The notes beneath the pieces are model-generated. The model saw nothing but the letters and a program-made list of their open reading frames with translations, was not told the DNA's origin and did not search any database. The translations under genes and the position numbers were made by a program. A stretch of DNA of 64,000 nucleotides from an uncultured virus (IMG/VR IMGVR_UViG_3300036852_000709) (lineage: Duplodnaviria; Heunggongvirae; Uroviricota; Caudoviricetes), in the IMG/VR virus record IMGVR_UViG_3300036852_000709, one strand, 5' to 3'. Positions 42,891 to 52,487 of this stretch are shown one piece after another; positions within the stretch are counted from its first letter, which is position 1, and each line of letters opens with the position of its first letter.

Positions 42891-43607
42891 TTGAGCGCCA
42901 GAATTGTCCAGCCTGGCTCCGGTGATTCGCGCTGGGTTATATGGCTCACGCTGGTTGGGCCTCATGTCGACGATGCTCTGCGCTCGGCTGTGCCCGGTCA
43001 CATCGCTGTCCTCGCGCGTGTGCACGACGGCAAGAGCGCGTCGGTCGCAGCAGACCTAATCGAGGTAGGCTTTCTGCCGGGCCACGTGCCGCAGACCGCG
43101 AGCATTGCCGGCCTCGTGCTCGGCGGTTGGAGCATGGGGGTTAGCGGCGCGCGTGCGCAGTTATTAGCGGCTGCACCAGGCGTCATGCCTCTCGTTCACG
43201 GGCTCGTGCTTATCGACGGTCTGCACGCGCCGATGGCCAAGCGAAAGGCTGACGGGCATATCGCGCTTGGACCGTCGGAGATATTTCGGCCGCATTTCGA
43301 TGCTGCACGCGCGGGCAACGGGCTCGTCGTGGCCACGTGCACCAACAACATTTATACAGAGACGCTTACAAAGGACCCGTTCCTGTCCGTGCAGACGTGC
43401 TTAGGCGAGCTGACAGGTTGGGACATGAGTCCGCCGACGGATGCGCCATACAACGAGCGAGGCGATGGCAACCTGCTCGTGCGGTCCTATGCGTCGATGA
43501 GGATCGACAAGGCTGCGCACATCCGGCAGCAACGCGAGGTCCTGCCTGAGATGCTGCGCGATTGCGTCGTGCCGTTTATTGCGTCCGCGGGATGCTCAAA
43601 GCCCTAG
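42891..43607 (+). CDS. Alpha/beta-hydrolase-fold protein
   Basis: Nucleophile elbow 'GWSMG', 'LVLIDGLHA', C-terminal His. Confidence 0.55.
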   Translation: MSARIVQPGSGDSRWVIWLTLVGPHVDDALRSAVPGHIAVLARVHDGKSASVAADLIEVGFLPGHVPQTASIAGLVLGGWSMGVSGARAQLLAAAPGVMPLVHGLVLIDGLHAPMAKRKADGHIALGPSEIFRPHFDAARAGNGLVVATCTNNIYTETLTKDPFLSVQTCLGELTGWDMSPPTDAPYNERGDGNLLVRSYASMRIDKAAHIRQQREVLPEMLRDCVVPFIASAGCSKP

Positions 43608-44855
43608 TCGCCGCACAACGTCTGCCCATGGCGTCTCCTCATAGTCTTCTCGCACCAGGCCATCCCACATCGCAAAGTGCTTATCGCAGACGGGCTCGCC
43701 CCACCCGCCGTTCACGATCTCATCGGTTCGTGTCGCGATCCTTAGGCAATCGAGCGCCCACACCTTGTGCCCGCCGCTACCGGATACCCACGTCCCAAGG
43801 CAGCGCGGCAACGATTCCGTGAGGGCGCAGAGAGCAATCGCGGCGCCAGCGAGTTCGGCGATATCTGGGTCCGCATTCCATGCCGCATGCTCCCTTATGG
43901 CCGACAGGTTGATCTTCACTTGTCCCATTCGCAATCGATCTCCACCTCGAGGCTCGCATCTCGCGTCCACTCGCCCGCTTCACCGCGCCAGAATTGGAGC
44001 ACGCGCCGCGGCACGCTGTTCATCGTAGGACCAGAGGGACAGCAATCAACATTCGGCGGGTCGCCGTAGTGGATCTCGCCTGACCTGATGTCATCCGCTA
44101 GCGCTGCGCCCACGCGTCCAACAACGATGTCAAGCGCGCTCACCGACATGGCCACGTCAAACGGGCGCCTGCAGTCCTGACAGGCGATTCGAAGAAGGCA
44201 GCACTCGCGCGCGTAGATATCCGCCGTGTCGTGCGGCGTGAACTCACAATATCGAGGTACCGCGTTCTCGTCCCACCAGATGGGAGGCTCCGCGATCTTG
44301 GAGCGGATGTCGTTGTAATGGTGGTTCATTGAACCTTTTCGGCTGCCGGGACGGGCTCCCACGCGCCGCCAAGCTGCTCAGCAAAACACAATATGGCGTT
44401 TAGCGCGCACGACTCGTCCCATCCGTGGGCCGACACCGTGCGGCCATTCGCGTCGAATCCGTATCGAGTCGAGCTAGTTTTACCGCAAGCACCGCAAACG
44501 TAGACCTGGCCATCCGCGGCGTAATCCGTGCCTGAATTCATAATTCAATCTTTCTCGGGATGAAGTCCGTGCGCGAGTCGCATAGCTCGCCGGCATGGCC
44601 GAGTCGATTTGCCTCGGCGAGGATCTGGCGGAGGTGATTGAGCGATCCGGGCTCGTCGCACCACCAGTCGACGCTGTTAGCCCACCTGTCGAACGTGTGC
44701 TCCCATCCGATGTGAACGACGGTCCACGAGTACCGCAGCCGCAGGCCCATGCTTGGGATGCGGGCATAGCCACATTCACCGCCGCCGATGTCCTTGTTGT
44801 CGTGGATCGAGCCGTCAATCCGCGCGCCTAGTTGCTCGAGCCATTGTTCAAGCAT
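43596..44855 (-). CDS. Four small hypothetical genes, several Cys-rich, downstream of the structured RNA region
   Basis: 44538-44855 (RBS GAAGGGGG), 44326-44541, 43916-44329, 43596-43928. Confidence 0.55.
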
Positions 44856-44870
44856 CAATTCCCCCTTCGT

Positions 44871-44945
44871 CGGCTCGGCGGGAGTCGAACCCGCAAACAC
44901 TTCCCTGTCGAGGGAGGCCCGTGCCAACTTGGGCTTACGTTCACC
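44871..44945 (-). tRNA. Degenerate tRNA-like element (4-nt central loop, poorly paired acceptor)
   Basis: D-arm GCCC/GGGC; TCCCT-CGAC-AGGGA; T-arm GCGGG-TTCGACT-CCCGC. Confidence 0.5.
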
Positions 44946-45146
44946 TTGGCACCTGTCAAGCATGTGGCTCGGTGCCATAGCCTTGCTCCAGGTAATTCTG
45001 GCTCCGGGCAAGATCAACTCGCGCGAAGTCGTTACGCCTCGTGCACATGGCACGTGCGCTATCCGCTTCGCCCGTCCTGCAGAACGGACCACCTGCGAGG
45101 TGCGCGTTTCTCTGTCCCGTCGGATCTTCCCGATGGGGATAATTCG

Positions 45147-45220
45147 CGGGGCGACCGTATGGAATCGAACCATATCCGAGCCACTTGCGGCGGCTCTGCA
45201 CGCCATCGTTACCGGTCGCC
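45147..45220 (-). tRNA. tRNA-like element with 8-bp G-1:C73 acceptor and atypical anticodon arm (GCA if read as a 7-nt loop)
   Basis: GGCGACCG/CGGTCGCC; GAGCCGC-CGCAA-GTGGCTC; T-arm TATGG-TTCGATT-CCATA; weak D-arm; ends CCG. Confidence 0.55.
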
Positions 45221-45447
45221 TTAGCAACATCTCTCGCCCCCGTGGCACCACACCATCTCTTCTCCACAGGCGCTTGAGCGTATCACTTGCTGACGGGTAC
45301 GATGGTTGATCCGCCAACCCGGAGATTAAGGTTCCGCCCACTCCACTTTGCCCCGTTTCGAACCGGAACCACCCGCGGCGGTGTACTCACATCGCGCCGA
45401 GCCTTATCAGGACTCTTCCGGTTATCAGCCGGGGATCACGATGTGAA

Positions 45448-45574
45448 TGGGGCAATCGCCTGGGCTCGAACCAGGATCCGTGTTGCGCCACCGCGCCGAC
45501 GAGGTACCTCTATCGTACGCGCGAAGCGCAAGTCCAGCTCAACGCTGGTGCACTACCATTGTGCTACGATCGCC
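45448..45574 (-). tRNA. tRNA-like element on a His-type scaffold with a 5-nt anticodon loop and a 58-nt variable region
   Basis: GGCGATCG-TA-GCAC-AATGGTA-GTGC-A-CCAGC-GTTGA-GCTGG-(58 nt)-CCTGG-TTCGAGC-CCAGG-CGATTGCC-CCA. Confidence 0.75.
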
Positions 45575-46095
45575 ATTAAGCCGCGGGACCTCACTGATTT
45601 TAAATCAGTTCAGATGCGGCACCCATCCTGACATCCGCCCAACGGTTGCCCGTCGCTCGGAGCCGAGGCGCGCGATTCACTACAGCGGCTCTGTACATTA
45701 TGTCCGCCAAATCGCGCACCCCGTAGGGTCCCCTGCCGATTTGCGGCAAGCCCGCTCGTGAACCTTTCGATCCGCAGGAGGCGTCACCTGTGGTACTTCC
45801 CAACATGACCGGTGACCCGTCGACACTACCCGATTCGCACGGGCTCGCCTCTTTGCTTGCTTTACGCTTCGTGAGGTCGCAACCAGGTCCCGCCCTGGCA
45901 TCGTCCGGATGTTCCGCCCCGGTCGGCGTTGTGCGCGATTCGCACGCGCTCGGGAGATGTGTATACGGCGCGCACTTGGTCACTCAGGATCGCCCTGAGA
46001 TTTATTGACGGCGTGGCGCACATACTCCTCGCAACAGGTTTTATCGATCCAGGCAAACGTCCCCAGGCGCTGGGGTCAGCGCCGTTGGTATCAGG

Positions 46096-46123
46096 AACAT
46101 AACCCATCTATTGGGCACGTCAA
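46096..46123 (-). promoter_or_regulatory. Promoter TTGACG-N16-TATGTT upstream of the structured RNA region
   Basis: Matches the recurring phage promoter architecture (TGGGT before the -10). Confidence 0.7.
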
Positions 46124-49100
46124 TGGTCATCGTCCTCGATCGGATAGTTCGCGAGCGCTTCCAACTCGCCGATGGTCATTCTGGAGCAAGGCGGTATTCC
46201 GCGCGCGGTCTCCATCGCAAGGACGTCGCCAAATTCGTCAGGCGTGATGAGCCGTCTCGTGCACCCAACCCACGCGTCGACATCAAGCGCGGCACCCTGG
46301 CAGAGATACTCGTAGGCGATGCGTAGCCAATTGGACGCTGACGACGCCAAGACGGGCAATGACGTTGCCCGCTCGACATGTGCGCGATGATGCCGCTCAG
46401 CCCATTCGATGGCGTCGTCGGCGTACACTGGAGCGACCATGCGAATTGTTGTATGAAGCCGGTCTCGTTCTCTAAGTTCCTTAGACACGGCTTGCATTCG
46501 CGCGTGATACAAATCGGTTATGGTGTAAGCAGACCAGAGGCATGGTTCGACGCCAAGCGCTCAGCGTCTGCCACGCTGCGACAATGCGGGTTATTGGCGC
46601 CAAAATCACGCGTGAACACGGCGGCCCGCTTTGTTCGGAACGGCCCAATCACGGCGCCGAAGGGATGTCCGTGTGACTCTGCGGTGGGCAGTGCATCAGA
46701 TGTGAAAATCGAGCGCGCGCCGCTCGCCAGTCCGACGAAAAATCTACAGGTCATTGCGGCTCTTCCTCGTGCCCGTCTTGCTGATTAATCGGCCCGCCGT
46801 GTCGCGCTCGGTGCGCTCAGACGTGCCGTCGGAGTATCCAACCCAGGACCTGTAGATAACAGGTCGTCGCGGGCGAAGGTAAGCCACGCCGCATAGGAAC
46901 GCCCATTCCATACCCGGCGGAGGCGCAGGCAGGATGGTCATCGCTCTGCCGTCCGTTCGTAAGCCCCGCGCCCACAGCGCTTCCAGTAGTCCGCGGCGGA
47001 ATCGTAAACCCTCGTTGCTCGTCGTTGTCCGTCAGCGCTCAGGTGATCCACTGGCGGCATCGGCTTCGCCCACAGTGCCGCCTCGACGGCGGCGACGAGC
47101 GTATCCGGGGACGGGAACGGCATGTCGTACGTCTCGTGAAACGTGCGACCGATCGCGCGCGTGCTTATGTCCGCCATGCGATTCGGCCCGTTGTCGACTG
47201 CGCACACGAAGTAGTCCACGTTTGGATCGTAGGCTACGCACAGGTACAATCGCTCGTGCTTGAGGTATCGACCAACGTAGTGCGCGATTCGCAGGTTCAT
47301 TTTGCCACCTTAACCACGGCATCGCTCTTCGCCACGGGCTCGTAACCCTCATCGACCAACGCAAGCGAATACCCCAACGCTCTCAGAATTCTCGCCACCG
47401 TCTCTGGACGAGCTTCTCCGTGCATCGGGCTCAGTGCCCTCGATATGTTCGCCTGGTCCACACCAGAGCGCGCGGCGAGGGCATCCTGCGTCAGTTCAAG
47501 ATCGACATCGAGGCGAGAGGCGTAGGCGATGCGGAGGAGAGCCTTGAGCGACACGGAGGGCGGCAAGTCGGTTGGCTCCCAGCGAAGCCCGCATGGCGTG
47601 CACCATTGTTCGTACCCGAGCGGCGCGCCGAATTTTGTCACGCGCCGAGTCTCGTTCGAGGAGCAGCGCGGGCATTGAGCGTGGTGTTCTTGCCGGCTCA
47701 CGTCGGCTCGGTCCATCGCACTGGCAACGCGATCCTCGGATGTCTGTGCTCGGCGATCTTCGTAGCGTCGGAATATGAGGCGATGTCTTGCATAGCGATG
47801 GGCTGGTTCAGTACCCGCGCAACCGCACATGCTTCACGATGTAGCGCTCCTCCGAAGCGGACCACGCGATGTCGTACTTGTCAGTCAGTCGATTTCCCAT
47901 CCCACACCTCGAAGTAATGGTCTCGCGGCACAGGGCCCTCGATCGCGAAGTTTTCAGGATGCGTCCAACCGGACAGACACGATGAGCACACGGCGGTCTC
48001 CTTCGCATCGTCCTTGAACAGCGGGATCCCGCACGGACGGACCTCCCATTCGTGGACGTCTGACCTCGTAAGATCGCCAGCCGCCATATCCAGCGTGCCG
48101 TGCTTCACGAGGCAGCATCGGAGCACGCGGCATCCATGAGGAATGAGCCGCGGCTTTATGCTCGCCAGCCATCGCTCTCCATCGGCGTTGCCACCCGGAC
48201 CAAGGCGACCGTAATCCTCCACCTCGACGCGCTCGGTTTTCCTGGCCAGGCGCTTGGCGGTGGCCACGTCCGCGCCATGCACGAACACGGATCCTTGGCG
48301 CTCGATCTGATCGAACAAGGCCCGCTCCCTTGCGGTCAACGCGCGCATCGTTCCTCCGAGTCACTGCGGCCGATGACCTTCCACATGTCGGCGGATATGC
48401 CCAACGGCATTCCGTAGCGCTGCGAAACTTGCCTCCTCGCGCGTGCGAGGACTGACTCATCCTCCTCATCTGAATCGCAGTTCACGTTGACGATGCCGCT
48501 GTATTGCCCGATGTCGTATTTGACCGTCGCGATCATCCCGTCCTCCTACGCATGAACATCTGCAAGTCGAATGCTGCGAGACCGCCAAGTACCGTCATAT
48601 CGCCAACGCTCCGCGGGGCATCATACTCGGCACCTACGTAATGCAAGAATCTCATGACCTGATCGTCGGACGCGCGGACGAACACCACGTGGTCACCGTC
48701 CGTCCATGCATCGCATGTCACCATATACGGATGCACGTCGCGCCCGCGAACGATGTGTAACAGCGCTGGCTCAATGCCAATTTCGCCGAGCGCGTGGATC
48801 TGTTCATCAGTGAATGCCATGGTCGTCTCTCCTCACATCTTGAATTCGCGGTCGTCGTCGTACCAGCGGAGGATGGCCTTGCCGTCGACGGTCGCGGTGT
48901 GGTAATTCGTCGCGTGCCCGCGGAACATCGTGCACCTGTAGCCGTCGTGCTCAGCGCCGCAGTATGGGCTGACGTCGCGTTTGGTCTCGTTCTCGGCTTC
49001 GCGGCCCAGACGTTCCCCATCTCGCTTGGTCTTCATGGGCCCACCGTGCCTCGAAGGAGGCCAACGATTTCGTTGTCGGGTTTTCCCGCGAGCAGCCTTG

Positions 49101-51096
49101 GCCATTCCGTTAACGCTGGCCTTGCGCCGTAGCAGCCGAGACCATCCATACGCAGCGACGACATGAGGATCTCTATCCGAGCGCGAAGCGTGTCTATGGT
49201 GTCCTGAGACGCCTCGTCGAGACCTTCATCGAGGCCTAAAACATCCGCGATGTATGCATACGAATCGTCTTCCTCCGAATCAAAGCCGTCGATTCCGTGG
49301 GCCACCGCACACGCCATTAGGATCTCGTCGTCCGTCACGCCCGCTACTGTTTTGCTCATCCCCGCAACCTCCTAATGCCAATGGCCGGCCACGGCTTGAC
49401 CCGTGTTCCGGCGATCGGCGTCTGCCTGAATTACTTGTCAGTGCGCCTAACGCTCCCGTCCTCGCCTACCACGTAGGAGCGGTACGGCATCCAGACGCCA
49501 AAAGACCCGCGCCGTGGCTTTAGGTGCGCTCGGTTCACAGTTCGAACGCGCTCGATCCGGATCGTGGTACCAACCGGCCTATCGCCTTGCGCAAGCGCAT
49601 TGGCGACAAACTCGTTCGCCCCGCCAAGCTGGCCCGGAGACCACGGAGCGTACCCGGGGGTCTGTACCCAGGCGCGATACTGAAACATGCCCACGTCAAC
49701 CCGCGGCATTCGCATCCGCCGTTTTTTGCGGATGCGTGCGGCCAATGTATTCGGCGCCAGAACCCTCGCAGTGCACGTTGCGAGCGCTACCGAATGAAAG
49801 CTCGTGACACGTGGCGGTTCTGGCGTGGTCCTCCCAGATCAGTTTGTCGGCACAAGTCAAGAGTGTTCGCGGCAACTCACACCACGGACAGACGGCAAGG
49901 TAGCTGCCAAAGTTGACATCCACTACTCCGGTCGACTTGCAATGATCGCCGTTCGGCCTGCCAACTGGCGCGCGTACTCAGCGCTCGCCGCGGGCTCGCC
50001 TTCGTGAACAATTTCCAAGCGCGCGGGAGACCTCCCGCCTCCCAGACAGCGGGGGCAACGGGCCGGCTCCCCGCCGCATTCGATCTCGCCACCGCCAGAG
50101 CACAGCGCGCAAGGCTCACCGCCCGTCCACCGGACGACGCCGACGAGACCGGCCCTAACGGCCGCGGCCTCGTGCGCCCCGTGCGTGGCTTCCAACGCGC
50201 ACGGCTGGCCGTTAGGGCCGCGCGACGAACATTTTACGCTATCAACAGCTCGCATAATCCCTCCAACACCATCGTCGATTGTTCCAACTATTGGCCAACC
50301 ATTGCAGCTACCGACGGCAACATTGCTTTCCACGCGCTCCCAATCTCGCTCGGTTGTCATTGGCCACATCCTTCTAGACTGGTCTGATGCCATGAACGCC
50401 TCCTAATATCCGCAGTCGCCGTTGCAGGTTGGATCGCCGCAGTTGCTCGGGTTGGGACATCGCGAGCCCAAACCAAGCGGTCGCACGCCAGATCCGTACC
50501 TCGATTCCTGCTGTTGCCAGAAGCGTTCGTTGTCCGCCGCGATGCTCGCTCGAGCAAAGTCGCCATTGCGATAGATAGTCGCTGGCTTCGACGCCGATTC
50601 GCTAGCGCACGAGAGGCACCTGGCAGGCTGCCCGCGCGACCACTCAACGGTTTGGTTGACATGGATCTGCTGTCCACATCCAGGGCACGTGCTCGCGTAT
50701 TTGGCCGTGATTCGCATGGTCTCACCCTTCTAACGCCAATTGCCTTGCCTAGAACCAAGACCGCTTGCCGATGACGTGGTCCGCGAGGGCGTCGAGATCC
50801 GAAGAGCGCGCCCAACCCGTTTTGCGGTCGCCCACGATGGCCTTGAAGGAGGCCTGACGATTGACGCCACGGCTCGGAAGCACCTCGGCGTAGCGCACAT
50901 GGACGTCGCAGGTCTCAACGGCGGCGGTCACGTATGGGCCAGTGCGTGGGTAGTCAGCGGCGATGGGGTTGCCGTGAGCAGCCTGCGCCGCAAGGCAGTC
51001 AGCCTTGCTCGTATTGTACGCGGCGCGGATGGCAGCGAGGATGGCAGCGAGGACGGAGGCTTTGGACGGCTGCGCGGGCGCTGTCGTCGTCTTCAT
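46120..51096 (-). CDS. Long run of small hypothetical early genes
   Basis: About 14 contiguous - strand ORFs with overlapping junctions, divergent from the integrase. Confidence 0.55.
47297..47830 (-). CDS. Zn-ribbon plus XRE HTH regulator
   Basis: CxxC...CxxC, then 'LTQDALAARSGVDQANISRAL...RPETVARILRALG'. Confidence 0.75.
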   Translation of the reverse strand: MCGCAGTEPAHRYARHRLIFRRYEDRRAQTSEDRVASAMDRADVSRQEHHAQCPRCSSNETRRVTKFGAPLGYEQWCTPCGLRWEPTDLPPSVSLKALLRIAYASRLDVDLELTQDALAARSGVDQANISRALSPMHGEARPETVARILRALGYSLALVDEGYEPVAKSDAVVKVAK

Positions 51097-51227
51097 GTCC
51101 AGAATTATGCGCCCTGCGCCATCAAAGCACAAGAGCCCTCTTGTCGATTGTTGCTAAGTGTGCGTAACGCCTACAATCTTAGTTGTAGACCTTGCCCGCG
51201 GCTCGGCCTGTGGTCTAGGGTCGCCCG

Positions 51228-52487
51228 ATGCCCGCGAAACGCACAGGGTCGATCAGGCGAAGGGCCGACCGATGGCAGGCCAGGGTCTACGTTGGCGACG
51301 GACGGCAAAGCCACGTCAACCTACCCACGTGGATGACCGAGGACCAAGCGAGGGAGCGAACTGGCTTGCTCGCCGAGGTTGCACATCAGGTCATCGCGGC
51401 GGGGCAAGGCACGTTTCTGTCCGATGTCCTTTCTGCCGTTGCCGAGACACGAGTCGTTGGCAAGACGCTCAGCCAGGTTGATGCGCTGTGCACGCGCGGG
51501 GTGGAGCACGTCAAGCCTGCCGCCGTCGTGACGTTCGGCGACGTCGCGGAGCAGTGGACATCGGGCGTCCTCGCGAGGAGATATCCCGACCACGTTCGCG
51601 AGAAGCCGGGGAGCGTCAAACAGGACATCTATCGCCTGAATGCACACGTTTTGCCGCTTGTCAAGAACGTGCCTGTCTCGTCGTTCACGCTTGATCATGC
51701 GGACGCTGTGATGCGTGCGCTGACGCCGATGTCTGCGGGCTCGCGGCGGCAAGTCGCGCTCCTCCTTCATCGAGTACTCGCGCTTAGTGTGTTCCCTATG
51801 CGGCTGCGCGAGGCCAACCCTATCCCGCCAAAGTGGGCCCCTCGACCAGCGGGCGAGATCGCCAAGCAATGGCTCTACCCCGACGAGGACGCGATGCTCC
51901 TCGGTTGCACGGCCATCCCGCTCGGGTACCGTGTTCTGTACGGCTTCCTTGCGCGCGAGGGGCCGCGCGTATCCGAAGCGCTATCGTTGACCACGGCCGA
52001 TGTGGACCTAAAGCGCGGAGTCTTGACGCTGGATGTGAACAAGACTGACGATCCGCGAGCGTGGGTTCTCGACGTCGGCGTAGGGAAAGCGCTCGAGGCA
52101 TGGCTCAAAATTTGGCCTGGGCCGTCGCTGTTCAACGTGGGCGTCGAGCTGAACGAGGGACACCTCGCGAAGCGGTTCCGTGAGCACCTCGCGCTCGCAG
52201 GCACCACGCGCCCGCAACTATTCGCCGAGCGGACAGAGAACCGCATTCCGATCCGCGCGCACGATCTGCGAGCGACGTTCGTAACGCTCAGCCTTGCGCA
52301 CGGGAAGAGCGAGACGTGGGTTGCCGATCGCACGGGGCATCGCTCGTCGCAGATGATCAACAAGTACAGGCGTGCGGCGAGGACGGCGGCGGAGCTTGGG
52401 CTGCCTGCGCTTACGCTGATGAATGAGGCGATACCTGAACTGAGGGAGCGGCGGCTCAGGCTCGTGTCGCACCAGAACTCTGGTTGA
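51228..52487 (+). CDS. int: Tyrosine recombinase / integrase
   Basis: Catalytic 'GPRVSEAL', 'HDLR', 'TGH.SSQMINKY'; ATG 6 nt after TAGGGT (leaderless). Confidence 0.93.
   Translation: MPAKRTGSIRRRADRWQARVYVGDGRQSHVNLPTWMTEDQARERTGLLAEVAHQVIAAGQGTFLSDVLSAVAETRVVGKTLSQVDALCTRGVEHVKPAAVVTFGDVAEQWTSGVLARRYPDHVREKPGSVKQDIYRLNAHVLPLVKNVPVSSFTLDHADAVMRALTPMSAGSRRQVALLLHRVLALSVFPMRLREANPIPPKWAPRPAGEIAKQWLYPDEDAMLLGCTAIPLGYRVLYGFLAREGPRVSEALSLTTADVDLKRGVLTLDVNKTDDPRAWVLDVGVGKALEAWLKIWPGPSLFNVGVELNEGHLAKRFREHLALAGTTRPQLFAERTENRIPIRAHDLRATFVTLSLAHGKSETWVADRTGHRSSQMINKYRRAARTAAELGLPALTLMNEAIPELRERRLRLVSHQNSG

Larger units (their letters stand above)
44870..46090 (-). ncRNA. Large structured non-coding RNA region with tRNA-like modules
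   Basis: No credible CDS; dense hairpins with GNRA, UACG and T-loop-like loops, and G-U pairs that work only on the - strand; promoter directly upstream. Confidence 0.7.

Noticed and set aside
44856..45341. N-terminal extension of the 267-aa ORF 44538-45341, and other ORFs across 44.9-46.1 kb
   Set aside because: Arg/Ala-rich non-protein-like translation overlapping clear RNA structures; a good RBS and ATG at 44855 explain the real gene.
44871..45403. tmRNA interpretation (3' end resembles GCGGGTTCRACTCCCGCC)
   Set aside because: No GGGG 5' acceptor strand, no A73-CCA end and no recognisable tag peptide; the similarity is limited to a generic T-arm. A covariance search is needed to exclude it fully.
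45147..45574. Calling functional tRNA-Cys(GCA) and tRNA-Gln(UUG)
   Set aside because: Both need a non-U at position 33 and opened stems, and the acceptor identity elements do not match those amino acids.
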